The notes below the pieces were generated by a model. The model ran no database searches. It was not told where the DNA came from and worked only from the letters and a program-made list of their open reading frames with translations. 52,279 nucleotides of DNA, taken from positions 1-52,279 of the forward strand of contig VXPH01000012.1 of NCBI GenBank assembly GCA_009839615.1, given 5' to 3'. The stretch's first letter is position 1. Every line of letters begins with the position of its first letter. Positions 24,598-36,407 of the stretch are shown here, piece by piece. This DNA comes from Nitrospinota bacterium. GTDB lineage: Bacteria > UBA8248. The position numbers and the translations under genes are program-made.

Positions 24598-25659
24598 ATG
24601 AATAAGAAACCGGAATTCTCGCAAGATTCCAATTCTTCGAACGCGCGCTCACCCCGGTCGGGCGCGAGCCTTCGGGACGCGAACGGCCACAGGGGCAGGC
24701 TGCTCCGTGATCGCCGTTTTCTCAGGGCGCTGGCGGCTTCCGTCATTTTGCACGTTTCACTCTTCGTTTGGGTGAGCCTGGCTCCCTCTCAGCCGAAGTA
24801 CCGGTTTTTCGGGAGCGGGACGGCCGTCAGCCTGGTGGGAGCGGATGAAATCCCTGGCGGTTCGGCGCGGGGAAAATCCGGCGACCGGCCCGAGGAGATG
24901 AAAGCGCCTGCCCCTCGAAAGGGGCCGAACGAGGGCGCGAGGAAGATAGCGGCGCCGAAGAAAAAAAACGCGCCCGCCAAGGTGAAGAAGAAAGCGGTCG
25001 TCAAGAAGAAGAAACCTCCCAAGGAAGTTCGGCGCATCAAGGCCAAGAAGGACGATAAAAGCAAAAAGATCGTGCGGAAGAAGAAAAAGCGCGACCGCGT
25101 TCGCGAGGCGCGCCTCAAGCGAATACGCGATCGCAGAGAGCGCGCCCGGCGTTGGCGCAATCGTTTCAAGAAAAACGAAAAGAACAAGCCGGCGAAAGCG
25201 AAAGAGCGGCCCCGCGATGATTGGACGAGTGATGATAGTCTGGCGAAAGCGGACCTCGCGCCCAAGCGCCGGGCGCCTCGCAAGGGATACGCCGGCGAGG
25301 GGGGAGGCGACGGGCAGGGCGGCGGTAGCCGCGCGGGCGGCAGCGGTGGCGTCGCGCGAACGGATAAGGAGAGATACTATGGACTATTGGCGGAGCGCAT
25401 CCGGGGTTTCTGGACGGTGCCGCCCGGTATTGCGGATTTGAACCGACTCAAGACCGACGTCGCGATAGACGTGGATCGAGGGGGGAATTACCGCAATTTG
25501 CGGGTTGTGCGCTACAGCGGGAACCACATTTACGATCAGGCGGCGCTGCGCGCCGTGCAGCGGGCCGCCGAACCCTCCCTGCCCAAGCCGCCCGATACGA
25601 TCAAGGAAAACTGGCTTTTGCTCGGTTTCCGGTTCTGCGGAGAGGATTTTTGCCGCTGA
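24598..25659 (+). CDS. tolA: TolA-like protein (N-terminal TM, Lys/Arg-rich domain II, TonB_C/TolA_C end)
   Basis: TM segment LAASVILHVSLFVWV, an extremely basic K/R-rich middle, a C-terminal TonB/TolA-type domain, and position between tolR and tolB. Confidence 0.75.
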   Translation: MNKKPEFSQDSNSSNARSPRSGASLRDANGHRGRLLRDRRFLRALAASVILHVSLFVWVSLAPSQPKYRFFGSGTAVSLVGADEIPGGSARGKSGDRPEEMKAPAPRKGPNEGARKIAAPKKKNAPAKVKKKAVVKKKKPPKEVRRIKAKKDDKSKKIVRKKKKRDRVREARLKRIRDRRERARRWRNRFKKNEKNKPAKAKERPRDDWTSDDSLAKADLAPKRRAPRKGYAGEGGGDGQGGGSRAGGSGGVARTDKERYYGLLAERIRGFWTVPPGIADLNRLKTDVAIDVDRGGNYRNLRVVRYSGNHIYDQAALRAVQRAAEPSLPKPPDTIKENWLLLGFRFCGEDFCR

Positions 25660-25703
25660 TGCGAGAAAAAAATCAAACCGGATCAGACAAGCGGGAGGTT
25701 CGT

Positions 25704-27020
25704 ATGCTCGGGTGGGCGATATTTCTCATCACTATTTTATTCTCTTGGCCGCAAGCAGCGGAAGCCGCGCGCGAGTTCATCGACATCTATTCCCCCACGG
25801 CTAGGAAGATACGGTTGGCGATTCCTGAGTTTCGCCCCCAGGATACCGGGCGCGACCCGCTGGGCCTCAAGATGGCGCAGGTCATCGAATCAGATCTGAA
25901 GCGCAGCGGCCTGTTCTTCATCCCCAACCGCAAGGGCTATCTCGAGAACCCCATGCGCGCGGGGATCCGGAGGGACGAGCAGCGCTTCTCGGACTGGAGC
26001 AAGGTGGTCAAGGTGGAGTATCTCATCAAGGGTGGCTACACCATTTCGGGAAAAACCATCACCGCGGAAGTCTATCTCTACGATACGCTGCGCTCCGCCC
26101 AGGAACTCGGCAAGCGGTATCGCTACCCCAGGAGCGGCTGGCGTTTGCTGGCCCACCGGTTCGCCAACGCGGTGGTCGAGCGCTTCACGGGCGAGAAGGG
26201 GGTGTTCGACACCCAGATCGCTTTCGTCTCGAGGCGTTCGCTCAAAGAGCGCGGAGAGATCTACATCATGGACTGGGACGGCGCCGAACTCAGGCGCGTG
26301 ACGCGCAACAGCATGGGAAACAACACGCCCGCATGGTCTCCGGACGGAAGGTGGATGGCGTATTCTTCGTTCAAATCCAGGCCGCCCGGCGTGTTTCTGC
26401 TGCCCACGAACGGGGCGCGCGAGTTCAAGGTGAGTTCTCATCGCGCGCAAGCCATCGGGGGGGCTTTTTCTCCGAATTCGCGCTACTTCGCGTTTGCCGA
26501 ACTTGTGGGGCGAAACTACGAGATTTTCCGCTACGACCTGCGCACCCGCGTAAAGAGAAGGCTCACGCGGAGCTTCGGCATCGACGTGTCTCCCACGTTC
26601 TCGCCGGACGGCAAAAAAATCGCCTTCACGTCGAGCCGCTCGGGGAATCCCCACATTTACGTCATGAACGTGGACGGCTCGAGCCCCAAGCGCATCACGT
26701 ACAGAGGAAAATACACGAGAAAATACAATACCGAACCCGAGTGGAGCCCCCGGGGGGACAGGATCGCCCTGACGAGCCGCGTCAAGAAGGGCAAGGAAAT
26801 CGACATCGTCACCATGACCCCCGACGGCAGAGACGTGCGCCGCCTCACGGGCAGCCAGGGCCGCAACGAATCACCCACCTGGTCTCCCGATGGACGGCAC
26901 ATCTCCTTCTCCTCCGATCGGACCGGCAGAAAATATGTATACGTGATGACGTCCGCAGGCACGCAGCTCAAGCGCCTGCAACCCGGACAGGAGCCCGCCT
27001 GGTCACCCACCTCGAGATGA
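25704..27020 (+). CDS. tolB: Tol-Pal system beta-propeller protein TolB
   Basis: Signal peptide from ATG 25704 (GGGAGG RBS). Repeated PxWSPDG propeller motifs (PAWSPDGRW, PTFSPDGKK, PEWSPRGDR, PTWSPDGRH). Confidence 0.9.
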   Translation: MLGWAIFLITILFSWPQAAEAAREFIDIYSPTARKIRLAIPEFRPQDTGRDPLGLKMAQVIESDLKRSGLFFIPNRKGYLENPMRAGIRRDEQRFSDWSKVVKVEYLIKGGYTISGKTITAEVYLYDTLRSAQELGKRYRYPRSGWRLLAHRFANAVVERFTGEKGVFDTQIAFVSRRSLKERGEIYIMDWDGAELRRVTRNSMGNNTPAWSPDGRWMAYSSFKSRPPGVFLLPTNGAREFKVSSHRAQAIGGAFSPNSRYFAFAELVGRNYEIFRYDLRTRVKRRLTRSFGIDVSPTFSPDGKKIAFTSSRSGNPHIYVMNVDGSSPKRITYRGKYTRKYNTEPEWSPRGDRIALTSRVKKGKEIDIVTMTPDGRDVRRLTGSQGRNESPTWSPDGRHISFSSDRTGRKYVYVMTSAGTQLKRLQPGQEPAWSPTSR

Positions 27021-27066
27021 AATTTTGGAAATCGGGAAATATCTCTTGAAAAAACAGGAAATACAC

Positions 27067-27095
27067 TTGCTCATCGCGCATTCGACCTTTATACT
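27067..27095 (+). promoter_or_regulatory. Putative internal sigma70 promoter upstream of pal
   Basis: TTGCTC-N17-TATACT within the unusually AT-rich 184-bp tolB-pal spacer. Confidence 0.35.
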
Positions 27096-27204
27096 TCGCC
27101 TGCGTATGTCTGTGAATGAAGAGGGGAAGAGTTTCCGCTCTGTGTAGTATCACGCTTCTCACTCTGAACATATACGAACGAGAGACTCCGAGGGGGATGT
27201 CTGC

Positions 27205-27795
27205 ATGTTGTTATCGGATCGCATTAAATCTTTTCAATCTTTGTTGATGGCCGGGACGCTCCTGTTCGCAGTGGGTTGCGTGAAACAGACTGTGGAAACG
27301 GAAGAACTGCCGCCTCCCAAGCCGCCTGCGCCCATGGTGAGAAAAAAGCAACCTCCGAAACCCGTAATGAAAAAAGAAATGGACGTGACGGAGGCGGAGC
27401 GTCGTCGCAAGCGCGCCGCCTTCAAGCGCTCGTTGGCCGAGTTTGAAAACGATCTGGTGTATTTCGATTTCGACAAATCGGATATCCGCCCCGACATGCG
27501 CGCGATCATGGACGCCAAGGCCCGCTTCCTGCAGGAGTTTCCCAGTATTCGGGTGCAGGTCGAAGGACACTGCGACGAGCGCGGCACGGTGGAATACAAC
27601 ATCGCGCTCGGACACAGGCGCTCACAAAGTTCCAAGGATTACCTCGTTTCCCTCGGCGTCAAGTCTTCCCGGGTCGATACGGTGAGCTATGGCGAGGAGC
27701 GTCCGGCCGATTCGCGCTCCAACGAAGCGGGATGGGCCAAGAACCGGCGAGCGAAGTTCAACGTCATCGGCGGCATTCCGGCGGGTATGAATTAG
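27205..27795 (+). CDS. pal: Peptidoglycan-associated lipoprotein Pal
   Basis: Lipobox LFAVGC and OmpA-like domain (VEGHCDERGTVEYNIALGHRR...NRRAKF), located after tolB. Confidence 0.9.
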   Translation: MLLSDRIKSFQSLLMAGTLLFAVGCVKQTVETEELPPPKPPAPMVRKKQPPKPVMKKEMDVTEAERRRKRAAFKRSLAEFENDLVYFDFDKSDIRPDMRAIMDAKARFLQEFPSIRVQVEGHCDERGTVEYNIALGHRRSQSSKDYLVSLGVKSSRVDTVSYGEERPADSRSNEAGWAKNRRAKFNVIGGIPAGMN

Positions 27796-27824
27796 TCGCC
27801 TTACTGTCCTGCGCAAAGAAAAGG

Positions 27825-27862
27825 ACTCCCCGTCGGCACTTGCCGCCGGGGAGTTTTTCTTC
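27825..27862 (+). terminator. Intrinsic-terminator-like hairpin between pal and cpoB
   Basis: ACTCCCCG-T-CGGC-ACTT-GCCG-C-CGGGGAGT followed by TTTTTCTTC. The 3' arm contains the only SD-like sequence (GGGGAG) for the cpoB ATG at 27863. Confidence 0.55.
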
Positions 27863-28861
27863 ATGAAAACTTTCAAGGCATCCAGACTTAAGTTTTTCCC
27901 GTTGGTTGCGTTGTCTTTCGTTTTGCTCGGTTGCCCGGAGGTGGATTCCCCGGTGGGCGGCCCGGGTTCGCCGCCCCGCCCCGCGCCGCCGGCTCAGGTC
28001 GCTGCACAGCAACTCTCGGTGGACGTTGCGGCCATCGAGGAGAATCTGCAAGGCCTCAGGCGCGGGATGCGGAACCAGGAGCAGCGCATCGAGGAAGCGC
28101 GCGAGGCCATTCAGGGAGTCACGGACGAGGTCGAACGCGCCCGCAAGGATTCCGAGAAGTCTCTCGAAGAGGCCGGGGAAGTCATCGCGAAACTTACGGA
28201 GCGGGTCGAAAAGCTCGAAAATGAGGTGAGCCAGTTGCGCTCGAAGCCTCCCTTGGTGGCTGCGCAGGAAAAAGAAAAAGTGGAGGTTGTCGTCACGCCG
28301 GTGGGTGCGCCGTCGCGGATGTCGCCGGTGGGCGCTCCTCCGCTAAACGCGCGTATTCCATCCGCTGGCTTGCCGCAAAGCCGGGACGCTCAGGACGTGG
28401 GCGCTCCTGCTTCGGACACGCGCGTCGCCGTCATTCCCAAAGAGCCGGCGAGCCGACCCCAAAAGCCTGCGCCCGCGCCGAGGCCCCCCGATCCGGAAGA
28501 AGACTATACCCAGGCCATTCGCGTTTTGCGCGATGAGAGAAATTTCGTGAGGGCGCGCGGTCTGCTCAATGGGTTCATATCCAAATACCCCACGCATGAG
28601 CTGGCGGATGACGCGCAGTACTGGATAGGGCAGTCCTACTATCAGGAGAAGAATTTCGAGCGCGCCATCCTGGCGTTCAACAAGGTGCAGGTCGATTACG
28701 CCAACGGAGACAAGGCGCCGGAGGCCCTTCTTCTGGAGGCGCTCTCGTTTTTGAGCATCGATGATCGCGCGAGCGCCCGGGAGTTGCTTGGCCAGGTGAT
28801 TGCCAAATATCCGGATTCGGGCGCGGCGGCCACCGCCCGGCAGCGTCTCGAATCGCTCTAG
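27863..28861 (+). CDS. cpoB: Cell-division coordinator CpoB/YbgF (coiled coil + TPR), lipobox variant
   Basis: C-terminal YbgF-type TPR (ADDAQYWIGQSYYQEKNFERAILAFNKV...KAPEALL), N-terminal coiled coil, and N-terminus with VLLGC lipobox. Confidence 0.85.
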   Translation: MKTFKASRLKFFPLVALSFVLLGCPEVDSPVGGPGSPPRPAPPAQVAAQQLSVDVAAIEENLQGLRRGMRNQEQRIEEAREAIQGVTDEVERARKDSEKSLEEAGEVIAKLTERVEKLENEVSQLRSKPPLVAAQEKEKVEVVVTPVGAPSRMSPVGAPPLNARIPSAGLPQSRDAQDVGAPASDTRVAVIPKEPASRPQKPAPAPRPPDPEEDYTQAIRVLRDERNFVRARGLLNGFISKYPTHELADDAQYWIGQSYYQEKNFERAILAFNKVQVDYANGDKAPEALLLEALSFLSIDDRASARELLGQVIAKYPDSGAAATARQRLESL

Positions 28862-28872
28862 GTGTCTCCTGA

Positions 28873-30960
<2,088 letters not shown>

Positions 30961-31048
30961 CCTACATTGATTCCTTTTTCTATGATCCAGGGCAAATGTC
31001 ACGTATTCACATGCAGCGACACATCTTTTTTCTCATGAGAACCTTCTC

Positions 31049-31930
31049 ATGAGCCGGGTTCGCAAGGCTGTTTTTCCCGTGGCCGGGCTCGGCACGCGGT
31101 TTTTGCCCGCCACCAAGGTGATCCCGAAAGAGATGCTTCCCATTGTGGACATCCCGCAAATCCAAATCGGCGTGCAGGAGGCCCTGGACGCCGGTATCGA
31201 GGAGATCGTCTTTGTCACCGGACGCGGGAAGGTTTCGATGGTGGACCACTTTGATGTCGCGTTCGAGGTGGAATCTTATTTGCGTGACAGGGGCGAGGAG
31301 AGGCTGTTGGCCGTGGTGGAGGAAATCTCGCAAAAAGCGCGCATTACGTCCATCCGCCAAAAGCGCCCTCTGGGTTTGGGTCATGCGGTCCTGTGCGCCA
31401 AGCCGGCCGTGGGTGATGAGCCTTTCGCCGTCGTATTGTCCGATGACGTCATCAGGAGTGAAGAGCCCGCCATCGGCCAGTTGGTTCGCGTGTTCCATGC
31501 GCATGGCGGCGGCGTGGTCGCGGGGCTGCGGGTTGAGAAACACGCGCTCTCTAAATACGGCGTCATCGATCCTTCCGGCGAACCGTCACCCGCCCCGGGT
31601 GTTACGCCGCTCAAGGACATGGTGGAAAAGCCGAAGCCCGAAGATGCGCCCTCGGACATCGCCATCATCGGGCGCTACGTTTTGCCGCCGGAGATTTTCC
31701 CGATCCTCGAGCGCGTGAAGCCGGATGCGAAAGGAGAGATTCAGCTTACCGACGGGTTGCGGGGACTGCTGGAGCATACCAGGCTCTACGCTTATGAGTA
31801 TGAGGGAAAACGCTTCGACGCGGGAGATAAGCTGGGTTTCTTGGAGGCGACGGTCGAGTTCGCTCTGGAACGCGAAGACATCGGCCCGGCGTTTCGGAAT
31901 TATCTAAGGAGATTGACAGACTCATGGTAG
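31049..31930 (+). CDS. galU: UTP--glucose-1-phosphate uridylyltransferase
   Basis: N-terminal AVFPVAGLGTRFLPATKVIPKEMLP motif and GalU length. Confidence 0.9.
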   Translation: MSRVRKAVFPVAGLGTRFLPATKVIPKEMLPIVDIPQIQIGVQEALDAGIEEIVFVTGRGKVSMVDHFDVAFEVESYLRDRGEERLLAVVEEISQKARITSIRQKRPLGLGHAVLCAKPAVGDEPFAVVLSDDVIRSEEPAIGQLVRVFHAHGGGVVAGLRVEKHALSKYGVIDPSGEPSPAPGVTPLKDMVEKPKPEDAPSDIAIIGRYVLPPEIFPILERVKPDAKGEIQLTDGLRGLLEHTRLYAYEYEGKRFDAGDKLGFLEATVEFALEREDIGPAFRNYLRRLTDSW

Positions 31931-32006
31931 CGGAAGAATCTGCGCCTGACCCCGAACCTCCGGGGCGAATACACCTCCATTACATTCAGCCGGGAGGCAT
32001 TGACTG

Positions 32007-33278
32007 ATGGATGCCGACCTGCTCTTCCGGCTCGCCGCCTTCGTTTTCCTCATGCTCTGCTCCGCCGGATTCTCGGCCAGCGAAACGGCCCTTTTCTCCC
32101 TTCCGCGCCCCAGGGTGCGCGCCATGCGCCGCGAAGGCGGCGTGGGTGAACGGGTGTCCGACCTTCTGGACAGGCCCAGGCGGCTGATTACTTCCATATT
32201 GATGGGCAACGAAATCGTGAACATCGCTTCCTCAGCACTGTTCACGGGCGTGATTGTGGCTTATCTGGAGCCCGGCAAGAGATGGCTCGCCCCCGTGTTC
32301 ATGACGCCGCTCTTGATGATATTCGGCGAGATCACGCCCAAATCCTTGGCGGCCCGGTATCCGGAGCGGTTCTCGCGATTCCTGGCGTATCCCATATCTC
32401 TTTTCGCGCGCATCATCTCTCCTTTGCGGTGGGTCTTTTTGCAGGTGGCGAACGGCGTGCTCTCCTTGATGGGAGCGCCCTCGCGCGATCCGCAGAGCAT
32501 TCTCATGGAAGACGAATTCCTGCACCTCGTGGATGCGGGCCATGCCGAAGGCGAACTCGAAGAGGGCGAGCGCGAACTCATACACAACGTATTCGGCTTT
32601 CACGACAGAACCGTGTCGGACGTAACGGTGCCTCGCACGGATCTGGAATGCTGGGAGATGGACCTGCCCGTCGCCGAGGTGATAGAGCGCGTCCGCACAG
32701 CGACGCACTCGCGCATTCCGATCTTCCAGCGAGACCGGGATCAGATAGTGGGCATCTTGTACGTCAAGGATTTTCTGCGCCAGGCGCGGCGAAGAAACTT
32801 CGGCCCGGAGGAGCGTCTGACGAAACAGATGCTGCGCGCTCCCCTCATCGTTCCGGGCGGAATAAAGCTCGACCGCCTGTTCCGGCGGTTCCGGCACGAA
32901 CGCACCCACGTCGCCATCGTTCAGGATGAATTCGGCGGCACCCTCGGCCTGGTGTCGATGACGGATCTGCTCGAGGAGATTTTCGGCGAGATCAAGGACG
33001 AGCACGAAGAAGTCGAGGAGGCCTGGATCGAGCAGGAAAACGAGGAGTCATACCTGTGCCAGGGCCGCGTTCCCCTGACCGAATTCTCGGCGGTGAGCGG
33101 CTGGGAACTCCCCGACTACGAGGAGGCGAACACGCTGGGAGGCGTGGTCTTCACGATGCTGGGCCATGTGCCTTCGGTGAACGAGCGGGTACGGCTGGGG
33201 GACGTGGAGTTCACGGTGACCGAGACGAGCGGTTCCCGCGTCCTGCAGGTGCGCGCGCGAAGACGGGAGGATGCTTGA
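32007..33278 (+). CDS. CNNM/HlyC-CorC family transporter (DUF21-CBS pair-CorC_HlyC)
   Basis: Four N-terminal TMs (DUF21), a CBS pair, and a C-terminal CorC-type domain. Confidence 0.85.
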   Translation: MDADLLFRLAAFVFLMLCSAGFSASETALFSLPRPRVRAMRREGGVGERVSDLLDRPRRLITSILMGNEIVNIASSALFTGVIVAYLEPGKRWLAPVFMTPLLMIFGEITPKSLAARYPERFSRFLAYPISLFARIISPLRWVFLQVANGVLSLMGAPSRDPQSILMEDEFLHLVDAGHAEGELEEGERELIHNVFGFHDRTVSDVTVPRTDLECWEMDLPVAEVIERVRTATHSRIPIFQRDRDQIVGILYVKDFLRQARRRNFGPEERLTKQMLRAPLIVPGGIKLDRLFRRFRHERTHVAIVQDEFGGTLGLVSMTDLLEEIFGEIKDEHEEVEEAWIEQENEESYLCQGRVPLTEFSAVSGWELPDYEEANTLGGVVFTMLGHVPSVNERVRLGDVEFTVTETSGSRVLQVRARRREDA

Positions 33279-34530
33279 GGTGGATATTTTCACCGTCATC
33301 GTCATCGGCTTCGTCCTGCTCCTGTCGGAAGCGTTGTTCTCGGGCGCGGAGATTGCCATTGTTTCCGCGGACCGCGCCCGCCTGCGGGCCAAGGCGGAGG
33401 GCGGGAACAGGGGTGCTGAGATCGCGCTGCAACTGCTGGAAAAGCCCGAATGGCTCATGGGCACTATCCTCACCTGCCATAACGCGAGTTTCGTCACGAA
33501 CGTATCCCTGGCCACAATCGCGGCCATCAACTTCGTCGGTCCCGCTTATGGGGAGGCGCTCTCTGTCGCCCTCGTGATTCCGCTCCTCGTGGTGTTCGGC
33601 GAGGTGGTTCCCAAGGGGTATTGCCAGGCCCGCGCCGACGTGCTCGCTCCTATTCTGGCTCGCGTCGTCTGGGGCGCCAGGCTGATCGTGTATCCCCTGG
33701 TGTGGCTCATCAGCGCGCTCATCGGCGCCGTCGTGGGACTGAGAAGGCGCAATGGGGAGAGCACCCCTTTCGTCACCCGGCAGGAACTCGAATCGCTGGT
33801 GGAGGAGCCAAGCGACGGGGACGTGCAGGTTCTCGAACGCCAGATGATCGGCCGCATCTTCACGTTCGGCGAGTTGGATATGGAAAACGTGCTCGTGCCC
33901 ATCGTGGACCTCTCGGCGGTGGATGAGGAAGGCACGGTGGAGGAGGTGATCCAACGGATCGAGGACGACGGCCATTCGAGGATTCTGATCTACAGGGAAA
34001 ACTTCCACCACATCGTCGGCGTCGTTCACGCGAGGGACATTATCGGCCTGGGTCCCGACGCCGCGGGACGCTTGAAGGATAAGGATGGTCTCATCCGCAG
34101 CGCATACTTCGTGCCGGAGACGAAGCCCGCCGACAGTCTTCTTGATGAGTTGATGAGCCGCAAGGACAAGATGGCCGTCGTGGTGGATGAATACGGGGCC
34201 TGCACAGGCATCGTGACGATGGAGGACCTGGTGGAGGAGATCGTGGGCGACATCGCCGACGAGTATGACGTCGACGAAGTTCGCATGTTCCACAAGCTGG
34301 GTGAGGATCAATACATGGTCGACGCTCGCATGGAGGTCGAGGACGTGCGCGAGGCGCTCGAGTTGCCCGTGCCCGACGGGGATTACGAGACGTTGTCGGG
34401 CTATCTTCTGGAGCGGTTCGAACGTATTCCCAAAGAGGGAGAGAGCATATCCCTGGAGGGCTGGACGCTCACCGTGCAATCGGCGAACGAGCGGCAGATA
34501 GAAACTGTTCGCCTGGAGCGAAACGTCTAG
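33271..34530 (+). CDS. CNNM/HlyC-CorC family transporter, tandem paralogue
   Basis: Same architecture as the preceding gene. The ATG overlaps the upstream stop (ATGCTTGA). Confidence 0.85.
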   Translation: MLEVDIFTVIVIGFVLLLSEALFSGAEIAIVSADRARLRAKAEGGNRGAEIALQLLEKPEWLMGTILTCHNASFVTNVSLATIAAINFVGPAYGEALSVALVIPLLVVFGEVVPKGYCQARADVLAPILARVVWGARLIVYPLVWLISALIGAVVGLRRRNGESTPFVTRQELESLVEEPSDGDVQVLERQMIGRIFTFGELDMENVLVPIVDLSAVDEEGTVEEVIQRIEDDGHSRILIYRENFHHIVGVVHARDIIGLGPDAAGRLKDKDGLIRSAYFVPETKPADSLLDELMSRKDKMAVVVDEYGACTGIVTMEDLVEEIVGDIADEYDVDEVRMFHKLGEDQYMVDARMEVEDVREALELPVPDGDYETLSGYLLERFERIPKEGESISLEGWTLTVQSANERQIETVRLERNV

Positions 34531-34601
34531 AAGCCGATTTGCGGGTGAAACGCCGGCGCATATTCTTGCGTTGCCGCTCTGAAAACAACTTGTTCAGCGA
34601 A

Positions 34602-35675
34602 TCAATTTCCCTGAATGGCTTCGGGCGACTCGACGCCCAGCCAGCCCCCGATCATTTTGAGCGCCTCCCACTGGCTGGTTTCATAGGGGATTCCGTTTTT
34701 CTCCGCGTCCACCTTTTTGTGCGCCTCGCGTTCTCCCGGAAGCAGCATCTCCGGCCCCCCGCAGCTTTTGATGTCTCTCACCGCCTCGGCCAGCCGCCTC
34801 TTCACATCCTCCAGGGGATATAGCGCATCCATCCTCCAGGCCTCTATCGTCTGGGTGATGCGGGCGTCGGGCCGGACGCGCAGCGTCGGAATGTGCCCCG
34901 TCGCGCCGCCGCCGATGACGCCGTCCAGGTCCACCAGCACGGCGAGTCCGGAACCCTTGTAGCCGAACTGCGTTCCTCCCAGGGGGAGAACGGAGCCTTT
35001 TATCAGTTCGTCATACGCAACGTGGCCGGAAATGACATCTCCGTTCTCATCGAGAAAGTAATCGTCCGGTATCGCCTCTCCCGCGCGGCTGGCGCGAATG
35101 GCGGGACTCACGGCGCGCTGCGTGGTGGCCACGTCGATGACGATGGCCTGATTCCCGGCAGGGACTCCCCAGGCGATGGGATTCGTGCCCAGCCGGATCC
35201 TGTTTCCTCCGAAAGGCTTCATCCAGGCGCCGGAGGTGCATGTGGCGCGGCCGGCCAGACCCCGATCGATGAGCGCCTCGGCGTAGACGCACGCCGCCCC
35301 GAAGTGATTCGCGTTGTGCACATAGACCTTTCCGATGCCGTACTCTTCCGCCAGATCGCCCGCGAGGCGCGTCGCATCCATCGCCGCTGCCGGGCCGATG
35401 CCGCCTTGCGCATCCATGACGGCGACGGCCCAGTTTTCGTTTCGTTTGACGCTCGGCGCGGTTTTCGGGTCGATGGCGTCTTTCTGAATGCGCTCGACGA
35501 GTTCACGCAAGCCCGTCCCGCCCGCCACGCCGTGGCTCGATATTCCGCGCATATCCGCCGCAGCGAGAATTTCCGCCGTCACCCTGGCGCGATCCTCAGG
35601 GGCGCCCAGGGCCATGATGCACTTCGTGGCGAAACGCACGAGCGCTTCTTCGGAGATTCGCTTCTTCTCGGTCAT
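34602..35675 (-). CDS. Ldh_2-family (malate/L-lactate/sulfolactate-type) dehydrogenase
   Basis: 357 aa. The GISSHGV and NHFGAA motifs are typical of the Ldh_2 family. Confidence 0.85.
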   Translation of the reverse strand: MTEKKRISEEALVRFATKCIMALGAPEDRARVTAEILAAADMRGISSHGVAGGTGLRELVERIQKDAIDPKTAPSVKRNENWAVAVMDAQGGIGPAAAMDATRLAGDLAEEYGIGKVYVHNANHFGAACVYAEALIDRGLAGRATCTSGAWMKPFGGNRIRLGTNPIAWGVPAGNQAIVIDVATTQRAVSPAIRASRAGEAIPDDYFLDENGDVISGHVAYDELIKGSVLPLGGTQFGYKGSGLAVLVDLDGVIGGGATGHIPTLRVRPDARITQTIEAWRMDALYPLEDVKRRLAEAVRDIKSCGGPEMLLPGEREAHKKVDAEKNGIPYETSQWEALKMIGGWLGVESPEAIQGN

Positions 35676-35687
35676 GTAGATGGATTC

Positions 35688-36407
35688 CTATGGAAGGCCG
35701 GAATGTTGTGATTGATGTAAAGGGAACTCGACTGTGAAGGATGCGCCGCCCTCGGGAGGGGTCGTGAGTTCCAGGCGCCCGCCCAGCATGAGTGCGGTGA
35801 GATGGCTTCGGTAGAGACCGATTCCGATTCCCCGCAGCGCGCCCGGATCCTCGAGGTCCTTCGCCATCCAGTCGATGAACGAATTGGAAGAAGTTGGAAT
35901 TTCGGCGTCGCGGTTGGTGGTCGACAAAACGATCCGCTCGTTTTCCATCGCGAGTAGCGCGTGGATGGTGCCGCCTTCGGGCGCAATGTGTATGGCCGCG
36001 TCCAGCAGGTCGTCGATGAGGAAAGTGAGCCTCGTCCTGTCGCCGAACATGTCGAGCCGGGAGGGCATCTCGGGCAAGAACCGGAACGAGGGAAAATTCC
36101 AAAGCCGCTTTCCGATGCGTTCGCTGAAAAGATGCGCGAGATTGATTTCGGTGTTGTCCAGAATTACTTGTTGCGTCTCGATGTCGGCGGCGTCGGAGAG
36201 CGTTTCGATAAGGCGGCTCATCTGATGGATGTTCTCGGATAAATCCCGAATCTCCTCGCGCGTCTTCCAGGGGTCTGATTCCTCGGCCAGGGCGAGGAAC
36301 TTTTCTTTGAGGCGAGAGGCGGGCGATTGGAGTTCGCGAGCGGCGAGGCGCAAGAACAAGGCGGCGAGCTGTTCATTCGGGGGTCTTTTTTCTGCGCCGT
36401 CATTCAT
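35688..36407 (-). CDS. Sensor-less histidine-kinase-like protein with degenerate H-, N- and G1-boxes
   Basis: DHp-like helices and a GHKL-like C-terminus (GIGIGL, GGASFTVEFPL). The H-box reads AARELQSPA (Arg where His is expected), the N-box DLLDAAI (Ala for the Mg-binding Asn), and G1 is absent. The ATG overlaps the NUDIX stop (ATGA). Confidence 0.7.
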   Translation of the reverse strand: MNDGAEKRPPNEQLAALFLRLAARELQSPASRLKEKFLALAEESDPWKTREEIRDLSENIHQMSRLIETLSDAADIETQQVILDNTEINLAHLFSERIGKRLWNFPSFRFLPEMPSRLDMFGDRTRLTFLIDDLLDAAIHIAPEGGTIHALLAMENERIVLSTTNRDAEIPTSSNSFIDWMAKDLEDPGALRGIGIGLYRSHLTALMLGGRLELTTPPEGGASFTVEFPLHQSQHSGLP

